Part shown: one piece after another, positions 18,359-29,378 of the stretch
Layout of the letters: each line of letters starts with the position of its first letter
Position numbering within the stretch: the first letter of the stretch is position 1
DNA from: Ignavibacteriota bacterium
Lineage (GTDB): Bacteria; Bacteroidota; Ignavibacteria; Kapaibacteriales; UBA2268
Direction: 5' to 3'
DNA length: 64,000 nt
Assembly (NCBI GenBank): GCA_019637995.1
Contig: JAHBUQ010000002.1
Span: 1,368,423 to 1,432,422, forward strand
The notes under the pieces: model-generated
Database searches by the model: none
What the model was told of the DNA's origin: nothing
What the model saw: the letters and a program-made list of their open reading frames with translations, nothing else
Made by a program: the position numbers and the translations under genes

Positions 18359-20398
18359 ATGGATAATAAATTTAAATTGGTATCATCTTATAAACCTGCA
18401 GGAGACCAGCCAAGAGCAATATCTGAGCTTGTGGAAGGAGTTAGACGCGGCGACACTTTTCAAACACTTCTGGGTGTTACCGGAAGTGGCAAGACCTTTA
18501 CTGTCTCAAATTTGATTCAAGAAGTACAAAGACCTGCACTAATAATTTCTCCGAATAAAACACTTGCTGCGCAGCTTTATGCTGAATTTAAAACTTTTTT
18601 CCCGGAAAACAGAGTAGAATTTTTTATTTCATACTACGATTATTACCAGCCTGAAGCTTACATTGTAAAGTCTGACACTTATATCGAAAAGGACTTTTCG
18701 ATAAATGACGAAATTGACAGGTTGAGACTGAGAGCTACTTCAGCACTTGTCGAAGGAAGACGTGATGTTATTATTGTAGCCTCGGTAAGTTGTATATATT
18801 CAATCGGAAAAAAAGAAGATTTTGCATCCTTTCTTTTTCCTTTGAACGTAAGTATGAAAATATCGCGTCAGCAAATTTTATACAGATTACTCGATATGCA
18901 CTATGAGCGAAATGATTATGAGTTCAAGCGTGGTACATTTCGAGTCCGTGGAGATGTTATTGATGTTATACCGGCTTATGAAGATAAAACCGGAATCAGG
19001 ATTGAGCTATTTGGTGATGAGATTGATAAGATTTCGATAATTGATGCATTATCAGGAAATACAATTGAAATAGTAAAAGAAGCAATGATTCACCCCGCAA
19101 AACTATTTGTAACTCCTGAAGACCGCCTTCAGAATGCTATGAAAGATATTAAAGATGAACTTGTAGAACGGCTCAAAGTACTGAGAGCCGAGGATAAACT
19201 TCTTGAAGCTCAAAGACTAGAGCAGAGAACCCTTTTTGACCTAGAAATGATGAAAGAAGTCGGCTATTGCTCGGGGGTTGAAAATTATTCTATGCATCTG
19301 ACCGGTAGAACTTACGGGGACAGACCACACTGCATTTTTGACTTTTTCCCGGAGGATTATTTGCTTATAGTTGATGAAAGTCACGCAACAATACCACAAG
19401 TAAGAGCTATGTATAATGGCGATCGCTCGCGTAAGACTAGTCTTGTTGAGCATGGTTTCCGGTTGCCTTCAGCACTTGAAAACAGACCACTGAAGTTTGA
19501 AGAATTTGAATCATTATCAAACCAGACAATTTTTGTCAGCGCTACTCCCGGACCTTATGAGCTTGAAAAATGCGAAGGAGTCGTAGTCGAACAGGTTATC
19601 AGACCTACCGGACTTCTTGACCCGTTAATCAGTGTCAGACCAATTAAAAGCCAGATTGATGATTTGCTGAATGAGATAAGAATAAGAATTGTCAAAAAGC
19701 AGCGAGTTCTTGTTACTACACTAACAAAAAGAATGGCTGAGGATTTATCTGACTATCTGAGCAATCTGAATATCAAAGTTGCATATATACATTCCGATGT
19801 AGATTCGCTCGAAAGAGTTGAAATTATTCGCGATTTGCGAATTGGAGAATATGATGTACTTGTTGGTGTAAATCTACTCAGGGAAGGGCTTGACCTGCCC
19901 GAAGTATCACTTGTTGCAATACTTGATGCCGATAAGGAAGGTTTCCTCAGGAGCGAACGTTCGCTTCTGCAGATTGCCGGACGAACAGCAAGAAATATCG
20001 AAGGTTTAGTGATACTTTATGCCGATAGAATCACAAATTCGATGAATGTTCTGATTAGCGAAACAAACCGTAGACGCATAATTCAACAAAAATATAATGA
20101 AGAAAACGGTATTAATCCCCAAACAGTATATAAATCAATAGAAGAGATACTAAGCTCAACTTCAATTGCCGATGTAAATCCTTCGATGAGCAGAAGAAAG
20201 TCTGAATCTAAGGTTTACGGAACTCTTGCCGCAGAACCTGTGATTGAATATATGAATAAAGAACAATTGAAAGATTTAACAGAACAGATGTTTATAGAAA
20301 TGAAAAATGCTGCAAGAGATTTAGATTTCGAGCGTGCTGCTGAACTAAGAGATGAAATTGGCAAACTGAGAGAAAAATTAGAAAAAATGTCAGCCTGA
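18359..20398 (+). CDS. uvrB: excinuclease ABC subunit B
   Basis: Near-full-length UvrB: Walker [11 protein letters not shown], helicase motifs, C-terminal UVR coiled coil ([16 protein letters not shown]). Confidence 0.95.
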   Translation: MDNKFKLVSSYKPAGDQPRAISELVEGVRRGDTFQTLLGVTGSGKTFTVSNLIQEVQRPALIISPNKTLAAQLYAEFKTFFPENRVEFFISYYDYYQPEAYIVKSDTYIEKDFSINDEIDRLRLRATSALVEGRRDVIIVASVSCIYSIGKKEDFASFLFPLNVSMKISRQQILYRLLDMHYERNDYEFKRGTFRVRGDVIDVIPAYEDKTGIRIELFGDEIDKISIIDALSGNTIEIVKEAMIHPAKLFVTPEDRLQNAMKDIKDELVERLKVLRAEDKLLEAQRLEQRTLFDLEMMKEVGYCSGVENYSMHLTGRTYGDRPHCIFDFFPEDYLLIVDESHATIPQVRAMYNGDRSRKTSLVEHGFRLPSALENRPLKFEEFESLSNQTIFVSATPGPYELEKCEGVVVEQVIRPTGLLDPLISVRPIKSQIDDLLNEIRIRIVKKQRVLVTTLTKRMAEDLSDYLSNLNIKVAYIHSDVDSLERVEIIRDLRIGEYDVLVGVNLLREGLDLPEVSLVAILDADKEGFLRSERSLLQIAGRTARNIEGLVILYADRITNSMNVLISETNRRRIIQQKYNEENGINPQTVYKSIEEILSSTSIADVNPSMSRRKSESKVYGTLAAEPVIEYMNKEQLKDLTEQMFIEMKNAARDLDFERAAELRDEIGKLREKLEKMSA

Positions 20399-20456
20399 TT
20401 TTAAGAATTGGAATAGCTTTGACAATTGATAATATTATTAAGGTATAGAAAAGTAT

Positions 20457-20494
20457 AAAAAGCCCCGTAATAATTTGCGGGGCTTTTATTTTTA
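20457..20494. terminator. rho-independent terminator (agccccg...cggggct + T-run), bidirectional between uvrB and aldolase gene
   Basis: 7-bp GC-rich stem, ~10-nt loop, followed by TTTTATTTTT; A-run on other side. Confidence 0.7.
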
Positions 20495-20527
20495 GTAATA
20501 TATCTAACCAAAAGTCAGGATATTAAA

Positions 20528-21295
20528 TTATTTTGCCTGAGTTTGTGGTTTTCTACCGGAAGCTCCTCTGCGATTGTTCTTTGGCGCAGGTTTAGTTAAA
20601 TTTGGCTTTTCAGCAGGTTTGGTTAAAGCACCAATTTTATTGATTTCAGCCTGCAATTTAGCATAATCATCAAGAAATGTCTTAAGTCCGCTGTCAGTTA
20701 GAGGATGTTTTAGCGATTGCATCAGCACATTGTATGGAACTGTAGCAATATGAGCACCTGCCAAAGCTGATTGAGTAAGGTGTATTGGAGTTCGGATTGA
20801 TGCTGCAATTATTTCAGAGTCATAACCCTGCACATCCCAAATCTCACAAATATCTTCAAGAACTCTGCTACTTTCCTGAGAGATGTCATCAAGCCTGCCC
20901 ATAAATATAGAAACATAAGTAGCACCGGCATTCTGAGCGGCAATTGCCTGATTGGCACTGAATATAAGTGTTACATTTGTAGGAACACCCTGATCAGACA
21001 ATTTACGTACAGCGGCAAGCCCTGCAGGAATTATCGGAATTTTGATAGTTGCATCCGGGAACCAACTAAGAATTTGGTCGGCTTCTTTAAGCATTCCATC
21101 CGTTTCTGTTGAGATTACTTCCACAGATAGATGCCCGCCAACCAAATCGTAAATTTCAAGAATTCTTTTCTTAATATCAACATTTGGGTCTTCTTTAGCA
21201 AGAAGTGAGGGATTAGTTGTTATTCCACTTAAAATTCCGAGTGATGCAGCATGGCGGATATGTTCGAGATTAGCTGAGTCGAGATACAGTTCCAT
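20528..21295 (-). CDS. transaldolase-family aldolase (Fsa/TalC-like) with ~35-aa basic Pro/Lys-rich C-terminal extension
   Basis: MELYLDSANLEHI...GITTNPSL...KIPIIPAGL pattern of the short transaldolase/F6P-aldolase family; start placed at internal Met 21295; tail KPAEKPNLTKPAPKNNRRGASGRKPQTQAK is atypical. Confidence 0.7.
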   Translation of the reverse strand: MELYLDSANLEHIRHAASLGILSGITTNPSLLAKEDPNVDIKKRILEIYDLVGGHLSVEVISTETDGMLKEADQILSWFPDATIKIPIIPAGLAAVRKLSDQGVPTNVTLIFSANQAIAAQNAGATYVSIFMGRLDDISQESSRVLEDICEIWDVQGYDSEIIAASIRTPIHLTQSALAGAHIATVPYNVLMQSLKHPLTDSGLKTFLDDYAKLQAEINKIGALTKPAEKPNLTKPAPKNNRRGASGRKPQTQAK

Positions 21296-21394
21296 AATTT
21301 CTCCAAAAAAAATATTCAATAATTAAAATACAAAAATAAGTGATTTTATTCATCTTAACAACTTATTTTAATTTTAAATAATAACGAAAAGTTT

Positions 21395-22540
21395 TTACTT
21401 TTTTACAAATTTGATTATTTTGTCATTGATTTTGATAAAATACAATCCGCGATTCAGCTTGCTAACATCAATTGTTGTTTGATTTGTTTCAATTAATTTT
21501 TGACCGAAAATGTCGTAAATCTGCAGTTTTTCTATTCTGTCTTTATTCAATATATTTATTAAATCATCAGCCGGATTTGGGAAAATTGAAATTTCATCCT
21601 GATAATTTCTGATTTTAAAATTTGAAGTATTTTTCAAACAGGAATGAGGGTAATTATTTGCAACATCCCATGCGATTTTCTGAAAAGCAAGTGCTTGCTC
21701 AATAGATGGTGGCAAATAAGATAAACCCCACATATTATTAAGCTGATTGGTCAGTCCTTCAGGCGAAACACCGTGAATCATAGAAAAATGAACACAGGCA
21801 ACAAAATACTTACCTATGTCATTTAAATGTATGTCATCAGAGAATAAATCATTTATACTGTTTATACCAGTAATGGCACCCGCTTGAATTGAATCATGAA
21901 GAACAGCAAGCGCCTGACCCGCAGGAATCAAACAAACAGGCTTATTCGGTGAATAACGATTGTTCAGGGTATCAACAACACTTTCCCACATTTCGAGGTC
22001 ATCACTCAGGCGATTTCTCCATGGTGATGACGGAATGTCATAATTGCAACCGGTTGGATCTCCGCTTTTGATGCAGTGCCAGACTTCGTATAGAAAAATT
22101 TGAATATTGGGATTATAATTATTTGCAAAAACAAAAAAACTGTCTGCATACTGATATGTGTCATCAATGATAGAATTATAGCGTGGTACTGATTCGGTTA
22201 GAACAAGGACATCAAAATTTCCACTTCGAAGTCCATATTCAGGATGATAAAAACCGCTGTAGAAAGGGTTAATAACCTGATAATCATTTCTGTCTTTTGC
22301 CTGCCAGTTCCATCTTAGCGGAGAGCCCGGAATAGTTTGATATCTGAACATAAAATTTGACTCGGGATAGTTCAGCGATAGGGAATTGACCATATCAATT
22401 ACACCATCGCTCAAACTATGACCAATATAGAAAGCATTAATATTATTCTGGCTTTTTGTTATATTGGATGAAAATATCATTAATACTGTTACTAACAATA
22501 ACAGATTGTTTATTTTCTGATTGTATTGATTTAATTTCAT
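21395..22540 (-). CDS. secreted protein with T9SS C-terminal sorting domain (N-terminal possible SGNH/DUF4886-like domain)
   Basis: Signal peptide; C-terminus ISIFPNPADDLINILNKDRIEKLQIYDIFGQKL...GLYFIKINDKIIKFVKK = T9SS CTD. Confidence 0.6.
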   Translation of the reverse strand: MKLNQYNQKINNLLLLVTVLMIFSSNITKSQNNINAFYIGHSLSDGVIDMVNSLSLNYPESNFMFRYQTIPGSPLRWNWQAKDRNDYQVINPFYSGFYHPEYGLRSGNFDVLVLTESVPRYNSIIDDTYQYADSFFVFANNYNPNIQIFLYEVWHCIKSGDPTGCNYDIPSSPWRNRLSDDLEMWESVVDTLNNRYSPNKPVCLIPAGQALAVLHDSIQAGAITGINSINDLFSDDIHLNDIGKYFVACVHFSMIHGVSPEGLTNQLNNMWGLSYLPPSIEQALAFQKIAWDVANNYPHSCLKNTSNFKIRNYQDEISIFPNPADDLINILNKDRIEKLQIYDIFGQKLIETNQTTIDVSKLNRGLYFIKINDKIIKFVKK

Positions 22541-22565
22541 ATTCTTCTCAAATGAAAAAAATTAC

Positions 22566-22601
22566 TAAAAAAAAAAGCGGTTTAAAAATAAAAAACCGCC
22601 T
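22566..22601 (-). terminator. rho-independent terminator after RRM gene
   Basis: On minus strand: aaggcggtttt..aaaccgctt hairpin followed by T9 run. Confidence 0.65.
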
Positions 22602-22636
22602 TAGTGTTAGTTTTGGGAAATTTGCGGGGAAAAAAA

Positions 22637-22906
22637 TCAGCGACGATAAGATCTGGTTTCAGATTCTTCACGTTCGCGGGCTTCGTTGACTTTGATATTT
22701 CTGCCATCGAATTCTTTGTCGTTTAATTCTCTGATGGCGACTTCGCCTTCTGAGTTATCCATTTCAACGAATCCAAATCCTTTGCGTCTGCCTGTTTGTC
22801 TGTCAGAGATCAATTTTACTGAGTGAACCGCTCCATATTGGCCAAATAATTGAGAAAGCGACTCTTCTGTTGTCTTAAAATTCAAGTTACCTACGTAGAT
22901 ATTCAT
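22637..22906 (-). CDS. RNA-binding protein with RRM (RNP-1/RNP-2) domain
   Basis: RNP-2 IYVGNL and RNP-1 KGFGFVEM motifs; basic/acidic C-terminal tail. Confidence 0.85.
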   Translation of the reverse strand: MNIYVGNLNFKTTEESLSQLFGQYGAVHSVKLISDRQTGRRKGFGFVEMDNSEGEVAIRELNDKEFDGRNIKVNEAREREESETRSYRR

Positions 22907-23161
22907 ACCAAAAAACCTTTAGAAAAAAAATAAAACATAAAACAAAATATTAATACATTATGAGAAAATCAGCTAAAATTTCCCAAAACATAAAACTAAC
23001 AACTCTAAAATATAACTTTTTATTCAACTAACAAAAGAATTTTCAACAATTTATGAAAAAATATCATTTTTTTTTATAAATTATTGTATTTTTGATGAAA
23101 AATAATAATTTCTTACATAAAAATACGTTAATTGGGAATTTGAATTAACTGAGAAATTATA

Positions 23162-23635
23162 ATGTATAGTTTAGACCCGGCGATAAAAATTATTTGGGGT
23201 GTAGTAATATTTATACAGTTTATGTTTTATTCGGCAGTTGCAATATTTTTAGAATTCTTTGTAATCCCGGGCAATCTTTCTGATTGGATTATACCAAAAG
23301 GAATGATTGCACTTGGTTTCTTTTCCCTTGGATTAATATTAACATTTATAATACCTGTACTAAGATTTAAATATTGGAAATTTGAAGTAAGGGATGAAGA
23401 AATTTACCTCGAAAGAGGTATTCTTACAAGAATAAAAACAGTCGCTCCTTACCGCAGAATTCAGCACACAGATGTTCAGCAGAGTATTCTGGAGCGTATG
23501 TCCCATCTTGGTAAGCTTGTAATCTACACAGCTGGCACCCGTGGAGCAGATGTAATACTGCCCGGGCTACCTATTGAGTATGCCGAAGACCTGAGAGATA
23601 AACTCAGAAATATTACGATTGAGGATGCTGTATGA
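23162..23635 (+). CDS. bacterial PH-domain (bPH_2) membrane protein, YdbS-like
   Basis: Two TM helices then a PH-like domain; 4-nt ATGA overlap with downstream partner gene, as in B. subtilis ydbST. Confidence 0.55.
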   Translation: MYSLDPAIKIIWGVVIFIQFMFYSAVAIFLEFFVIPGNLSDWIIPKGMIALGFFSLGLILTFIIPVLRFKYWKFEVRDEEIYLERGILTRIKTVAPYRRIQHTDVQQSILERMSHLGKLVIYTAGTRGADVILPGLPIEYAEDLRDKLRNITIEDAV

Positions 23636-25152
23636 CAAATGTCTATGAGGACTATAATCAATTTCGCCGGCTTCATCCTCTGACACTGCTTTACGGATTA
23701 ATAAGGAACTCACCGTATATTGCTATTACTTTATACCTCGGTTTAGTTCAGCGGCAGACTGAAGAAATTATTTATATACTGCTTTTTATTGTGATGGGTA
23801 TGATTATTATTCCAGGACAAATTTTAAGGTGGTATTATTTTAGTTTTATGATTACAGAAAAAGAGATTACTATTAAGTCCGGCATTTTATCCCGTAAGCA
23901 AAGAGTAATTCCGATTGAAAGAGTGCAAAATGTTAATGTAAAACAGGATATTCTTCAGAGATTATTCGGTATTGCAAAAGTACAAATTGAAACCGCAGGC
24001 GATATATCGGCTGAAGGCTCACTTGAATTTGTCAAACTGCAGGATGCTGATGAAATCAACCGCATTATCAGGGTTTACCAAAAAAGAATTTTAACTGATG
24101 ATACAAAGCCTGTTGACACTTACGAAATAATCGGCAAGAGCAAATCTGAAACATACAACTCAACTGAGAGCGGCGAAGAACTATTCAGAATGACAAACAA
24201 AGATGTTATTACTTATGGAATGGTAAGGCTTAGACCTTTATTTCTGGTTTACGGAATATGGGCAATGTCATTTATTACACAATTCAAGTATCTCAACGAC
24301 CTTGTTTTTGGATACATTGATGAAACAATAGAATCATTTGGTGACCTGCCAACAGAATATATGGTAGGACTTGCATTAGCTTTTCTGCTCTTTTCAGTAT
24401 TAATTTCGTGGATAGTAGATATTATCTGGACTTTTGCACAATTCTACGGTTTCAAACTCGTTCGCGATGGTAATAAGCTCTTTGAATCCTATGGACTTTT
24501 GTCAAAAGTATCAGCAACAATTCCTCTTAAAAAGTTACAGCAAATTACAATTAGTACAAATCCTGTAAAGAAAAAATTCAATTTCTATACTATGGCTTTG
24601 CAAACTGCCGGATTTGACATTTATAAGAAAATTACACAATCAGGTGTACCGCTTGCAAAAAAAGAAGTACTGATGGAGATTGCAAAAAAGATTTATCCTG
24701 TCTTAATACCTGATGAATTTAAAAGTATATCGCGAAAAGCTATCAGACGAGCTTTTGTCAGATATTTGATTTTGATGATTTTGCCATCTGTCGCGATTTA
24801 TTATGCTTTTGGTTGGTATGTACTCATTGGTCTTATACTTATTCCTGCTTTTTATTATGCGGCGTTGCTCAGGTGGCAGTATCGCGGATATTACATATCG
24901 GACGACCTGGTTTTTGTAAAGCAGGGTTTTTGGAATCAGAAGCTGAATATTATTCCAATTGAAAAAATTCAGACTTTGCACCTGACTTCCACGTTTTTCC
25001 AAAGGCGACTCGGGCTTTCCTCTGTTCTTGTTGATACAGCTTCATCATTCAATATCAGCGATGCAAAGATTCCCGATATTGACAGCGAAGATGCTGAATT
25101 AATATTAGAAGAGCTGAACAGGGCATTTATTGAATCAGGAAGAAAGAAATAA
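23632..25152 (+). CDS. membrane protein with three bPH_2 repeats, YdbT-like
   Basis: Three repeats of TM-pair + PH-like segment (…ITIKSGILSRKQRVIPIERVQNV…; …ISDDLVFVKQGFWNQKLNIIPIEKIQTLH…). Confidence 0.55.
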   Translation: MTNVYEDYNQFRRLHPLTLLYGLIRNSPYIAITLYLGLVQRQTEEIIYILLFIVMGMIIIPGQILRWYYFSFMITEKEITIKSGILSRKQRVIPIERVQNVNVKQDILQRLFGIAKVQIETAGDISAEGSLEFVKLQDADEINRIIRVYQKRILTDDTKPVDTYEIIGKSKSETYNSTESGEELFRMTNKDVITYGMVRLRPLFLVYGIWAMSFITQFKYLNDLVFGYIDETIESFGDLPTEYMVGLALAFLLFSVLISWIVDIIWTFAQFYGFKLVRDGNKLFESYGLLSKVSATIPLKKLQQITISTNPVKKKFNFYTMALQTAGFDIYKKITQSGVPLAKKEVLMEIAKKIYPVLIPDEFKSISRKAIRRAFVRYLILMILPSVAIYYAFGWYVLIGLILIPAFYYAALLRWQYRGYYISDDLVFVKQGFWNQKLNIIPIEKIQTLHLTSTFFQRRLGLSSVLVDTASSFNISDAKIPDIDSEDAELILEELNRAFIESGRKK

Positions 25153-25363
25153 AATCATAACATTAGCAAAAAAACCACAGTTTGCCGGTTAATCGAAAGT
25201 ATTAGCAAGTTAGAATACGTTTTTTGAATAAATTCATGAAATTTTGTATAAATTATATATTGCAAAGGCAACTAAAACTATTATCTATTTAAACTGACTA
25301 AATATAATTACATTTCGTTTTGTGATTTAATTTAATACAATTTCAAAAGGTCAGAACTAAAGA

Positions 25364-26581
25364 ATGAAGGTAGCTGTTATAGGTGGTGGTGCAGCCGGTT
25401 TTTTTGCGGCAATTAATACCAAAGAGAATTTTCCTGATTCAGAGCTAATAATATTTGAAAAGTCATATAAGGTTTTAGCAAAGTTAAGAATTTCGGGTGG
25501 CGGTAGATGTAATGTTACCAATAATTGTAAGACAATTGATGAGTTATGCGCCGGATACCCCAGAGGAGGAAGGAAATTAAAAGGAAATTTTTTCACTTTC
25601 AGCAATCAAGATACTATTAAGTGGTTTAAAAATAGGGGAGTAGCCACATATCCCCAAGATGATAATCGCGTCTTTCCTGTTTCGAATGATTCGGAAACAA
25701 TCATAAATTGCTTAATGAATGAATGTACAAGATTGGGCATCAAAATCAAAACCGGTTACAGGGTGAACTCTGTTAATGTATTAAATGATAGTCGTTTAGA
25801 GGTAATTTTTAACGATAATGGACAATCATTTATTTTTGATAAAGTAATAGTTGCAACAGGTGGAGCATCTAAAGATAGCAGCTTAGACTGGCTTGAAAAA
25901 TTAAATCACAAGATTGAAAAACCAATACCATCATTATTTACTTTTAAAATTCCTAATGATAATATCGTCAAGTTAATGGGATTATCCGTTGAAAATACAA
26001 AAGTAAGTATACAAAGTACAAATCTTCAGCAATCAGGATCGCTTCTGATAACTCATTGGGGATTCAGTGGTCCGGCAGTTTTGAAGTTGTCAGCATTTGG
26101 TGCAAGGATTATCCAAGAAATGAATTATCAGATTAAAATTAATGTGAACTGGATAAATGAGAACAGTTATGATTATGCTAAAGATCAATTTCTTGAATTA
26201 TTGGCAGATAATATCAATAAGCAAATTATTAACCTTCGACCTTTTTCAATACCATCAAGGTTATGGCATTATTTAGTTGCTAAAAATGATATAAGTCAAT
26301 CTAAAACTTGCAGGGAATTAAGTAAAAAAGAGCTTAATAGAATTGTAAATGTTCTGACTAACGATGAATATACTGTTAGAGGGAGAACTACTTTTCGTGA
26401 GGAATTTGTTACTTGCGGAGGTGTTAGTCTGGAATCAGTAAATTTAAAAACTATGCAAAGCAAGAAAGTTAAAAATCTGTATTTTGCAGGGGAAGTTCTT
26501 GATATTGATGGAATTACAGGCGGGTATAATTTCCAGAATGCATGGACAAGCGGCTTCATTGCTGCAAAACTGGCTGATTGA
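25364..26581 (+). CDS. HI0933/BaiN-family FAD-dependent flavoprotein
   Basis: N-terminal Rossmann GXGXXG (VAVIGGGAAGFFAAI) and ISGGGRCNVTN motif characteristic of the HI0933 family. Confidence 0.8.
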   Translation: MKVAVIGGGAAGFFAAINTKENFPDSELIIFEKSYKVLAKLRISGGGRCNVTNNCKTIDELCAGYPRGGRKLKGNFFTFSNQDTIKWFKNRGVATYPQDDNRVFPVSNDSETIINCLMNECTRLGIKIKTGYRVNSVNVLNDSRLEVIFNDNGQSFIFDKVIVATGGASKDSSLDWLEKLNHKIEKPIPSLFTFKIPNDNIVKLMGLSVENTKVSIQSTNLQQSGSLLITHWGFSGPAVLKLSAFGARIIQEMNYQIKINVNWINENSYDYAKDQFLELLADNINKQIINLRPFSIPSRLWHYLVAKNDISQSKTCRELSKKELNRIVNVLTNDEYTVRGRTTFREEFVTCGGVSLESVNLKTMQSKKVKNLYFAGEVLDIDGITGGYNFQNAWTSGFIAAKLAD

Positions 26582-26748
26582 ATTTTAAAAATTCTTATAA
26601 ACAAAATTTTCAGATATTAACTTTGTAATTCATTATTTCGTATTTTTGTGATTCATTTATTGAGTGGATGTAGATAAGTGATAAGTAATAAAATAATTAC
26701 GATTATGTATAAGCATAGGTTTCCAGTAATTTAAAAGGACTATAATAG

Positions 26749-27330
26749 ATGAAAAAAAAAGATAAAATTGAACGATATGACAAAATGCTACAAAAGCATA
26801 TTGACAATAAAGACTGTGTCAAAATATACAGAACTTTTCAAGATACAGAAAAAAACATCTCAGGATTTATCTTGTCTATGACCAAGGATTATTTACTTGT
26901 ACAGTTAGACTATGACTTTACTCTTAATGGTTATTCTATAATTAGAAAAGACCAATTTGAAAGTTTAAGATGTAATAAGGATGATAAAATAAAAAAACGA
27001 ATTTTCCAAGCAGAAGGCATCATTGACAGATTATATGGCTTAGACAAATCTATACCTTTAACGAATTGGCAAGACATTTTCACCGGTTTAAAAAAGCTTG
27101 ATTATCATATAATTGTTGAATGTGAGAATAAGCGAAAACCAAAGTTTCTAATAGGACCAATTCAACAAGTTACAAAAAGTAAGATTAGTATTTGGAATTA
27201 TGATCCTTCCGGGAAATTGGATTTGAAATATACAACAATCAAATTCGATGACATTACAATTGTTACATTTGGAGACAACTATTCAACTACATTCAGAAAA
27301 TACTTGAAATCTGCAAATAAAAAAGAATAA
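26749..27330 (+). CDS. hypothetical cytoplasmic protein
   Basis: 193-aa ORF, Lys-rich, no recognisable domain. Confidence 0.4.
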   Translation: MKKKDKIERYDKMLQKHIDNKDCVKIYRTFQDTEKNISGFILSMTKDYLLVQLDYDFTLNGYSIIRKDQFESLRCNKDDKIKKRIFQAEGIIDRLYGLDKSIPLTNWQDIFTGLKKLDYHIIVECENKRKPKFLIGPIQQVTKSKISIWNYDPSGKLDLKYTTIKFDDITIVTFGDNYSTTFRKYLKSANKKE

Positions 27331-27448
27331 TTACCGCCAACTATAGATTTAATTAATGGCAGTTTTGGAACTTAAATGAAGTGTTGTTTTTAATATCAAA
27401 TTTGTACAAAGTACGAATGTTTAATTCCCAAAACTTAATTTCCTCATC

Positions 27449-27476
27449 CCTCCGAGCCGAAGCCCGGAGGTTTTCG
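27449..27476 (+). terminator. GC-rich hairpin (cctccgagc-cgaa-gcccggagg) + TTTT
   Basis: 9-bp stem with one mismatch and a tetraloop, followed by TTTTCG; 120 nt downstream of gene 26749..27330. Confidence 0.35.
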
Positions 27477-27477
27477 A

Positions 27478-28164
27478 TTACAACAAATACATATAAGTAA
27501 AATATATTCCGACTATGATAAATACTACGCCTGTGATTCTTTGTGCCCAGTATTCGATTTTGGTCGTCATGTTATAGACATTGCTGATATGCTTGGCGCC
27601 AAAACCAAGTACAAAAGCAAAGACTATCACAGGTAGTGCCGTGCCTATACCATAAGCAGATGGAATAATCACAGAGGAGTTATACGAAAGTGCAATCGGT
27701 ATCAAACTGCCGAAGAATAATCCGGCTGAAATTGGGCAAAATGCGAGTGCGAAGATAAATCCAATTATTGCAGCACCAAAAACTCCTTTATCAATAGCAA
27801 AATTCTGCACTTTCTCAATGAACTTACCGCCGGTTGAAAATGTCCAGTTGAATAAATTCAGTAGCAATAAGCCCATCAATATCAGCAATGGTCCGAGTAT
27901 CACATTCATATATTTTGAGAAGAATCTTCCCACCTCCGGTATTGATGCAATGCTCGCTACAATCAGAAATGCAGCCGCAAAATATGCAAATACCCGTCCA
28001 AAAGTATAAGAAAACCCGGCAAGAAGAATCCCTCTTGTTGAACCGATTTTCTTGCCGATGAATGATACTGCCGCAATGTTAGTAGCAAGTGGACAGGGGC
28101 TGATTGATGTCAGAATCCCAAGCCACAGTGCAGAGAAAATACCAATTAAAATGCTCTCTTCCAT
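27478..28164 (-). CDS. CcdA/DsbD_2-like transmembrane thiol-disulfide electron transporter
   Basis: Six predicted TM segments with Cys in TM1 (ISPCPLATN) and TM4 (LAFCPISAG), as in CcdA-type proteins. Confidence 0.55.
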   Translation of the reverse strand: MEESILIGIFSALWLGILTSISPCPLATNIAAVSFIGKKIGSTRGILLAGFSYTFGRVFAYFAAAFLIVASIASIPEVGRFFSKYMNVILGPLLILMGLLLLNLFNWTFSTGGKFIEKVQNFAIDKGVFGAAIIGFIFALAFCPISAGLFFGSLIPIALSYNSSVIIPSAYGIGTALPVIVFAFVLGFGAKHISNVYNMTTKIEYWAQRITGVVFIIVGIYFTYMYLL

Positions 28165-28165
28165 T

Positions 28166-28603
28166 TTACAGACCTTTCAGATAATCATTAACCTCTGATG
28201 CAACATAATCAATGAACTTATTTTTATTACCGTGCAATGTCCATATTTTTTCAGAGTTTTTCCATTTTGATTCCTTTCCGTTCTTAACTTGTGATATTAT
28301 AAGAGTTTGAGAATACAGGTCATATTTTTTTTCGTAATGAGAATTTTTCTTATCTGAAAAATCAATTATTTCAAATTTAACTTTACCATCTGCAATTTGT
28401 TTTTTGAATTTATTATCCATAGCATCAGCGATGAGATTTTCAATTTTGTTGCATGTGGCACATCTTACTTTACCATGGAAATAATAAACCTTCACTACAT
28501 TTTCAGATTTTTCCTGAGCTGGTGCAGGTGTAGAAAATACTGCGAGCAAAATCCCTGTTAAAACTATAGTTAGCACGAGCGGAAAAGATTTTCTGCTTTT
28601 CAT
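28166..28603 (-). CDS. secreted CxxC (CATC) thioredoxin-like protein
   Basis: Signal peptide; KVYYFHGKVRCATCNKIENL motif; 1-nt gap to the CcdA-like gene. Confidence 0.4.
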   Translation of the reverse strand: MKSRKSFPLVLTIVLTGILLAVFSTPAPAQEKSENVVKVYYFHGKVRCATCNKIENLIADAMDNKFKKQIADGKVKFEIIDFSDKKNSHYEKKYDLYSQTLIISQVKNGKESKWKNSEKIWTLHGNKNKFIDYVASEVNDYLKGL

Positions 28604-28615
28604 TATGATTCTCCT

Positions 28616-28861
28616 TTATAATTTAAATTCAGTAATTAATTTTGTTACATCTTTGGAATTTAATAGTTTTCCAAAAGATACCACTTTTTCGTTGATTACA
28701 AGACCGGGTGTCATCAATACGCCGTAAGCCATAATGTCGTTAAGGTCGGTTACCTTAGAAACTTCTGCTTCGATGTTCATCTCGCCAACTGCCTGACGCA
28801 CGTTTTCTTCTAATTTTAAACATTTGGCACATCCCGTACCAAGAATTTTGATATTATACAT
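28616..28861 (-). CDS. small thioredoxin-family protein (TM0996/MTH895-type redox-active disulfide protein)
   Basis: 81 aa with KILGTGCAKC CxxC motif, the pattern of the small Trx-like proteins commonly next to ArsP-type permeases. Confidence 0.6.
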   Translation of the reverse strand: MYNIKILGTGCAKCLKLEENVRQAVGEMNIEAEVSKVTDLNDIMAYGVLMTPGLVINEKVVSFGKLLNSKDVTKLITEFKL

Positions 28862-29165
28862 AATTTTTCATCTCCTATTAATTTATTATTTTTATATTTA
28901 ATCACTTCGTTATAATATCATAAATAGTACATATCTTGGTTACAGATATATATCTGCTTTGTGGTGTAAAATTCAAATATTTGTGGTTTATAGTAAGACA
29001 ATTTGAAAACTGTATGTTTTCTCATTGGATTGTATTCACAACTTCAAGTAATAAACGCAATATTTACAGCATATTTATTGATTTCATCAATAAATGGGTC
29101 GCCTTCGATGTAATCATCAAGACTGTATGTTTTTACATGACTAACATCAAATTTTGTTAATTGCA

Positions 29166-29378
29166 TTATAAATCCTTTGGTTGAAGACCAGTATTCTTTG
29201 CAATTTTTGCAAGCATTTTTGGACCTATTTCAACAGAATCATGAAATGCAAATACATAATCATCCCAACCCTCTTTCTCTAATATTTTATGTGAACTATT
29301 AATTCTTTTAACTTTCCATCCTATTTTGAGGAGTGCTGATAAAACTTTTTTTGATTTTGATGACGACCAATTACTCAT
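29166..29378 (-). CDS. hicA: HicA-family toxin (YcfA-like)
   Basis: 70 aa, SKKVLSALLKIGWKV...SHKIL pattern of HicA; overlaps upstream hicB by 4 nt. Confidence 0.55.
   Translation of the reverse strand: MSNWSSSKSKKVLSALLKIGWKVKRINSSHKILEKEGWDDYVFAFHDSVEIGPKMLAKIAKNTGLQPKDL

Noticed and set aside
28936-29160. 74-aa + strand ORF in the gap between hicA and the small thioredoxin gene
   Set aside because: Low-complexity, opposite to the operon direction, no SD or motif; treated as non-coding spacer, possibly left by the TA insertion.
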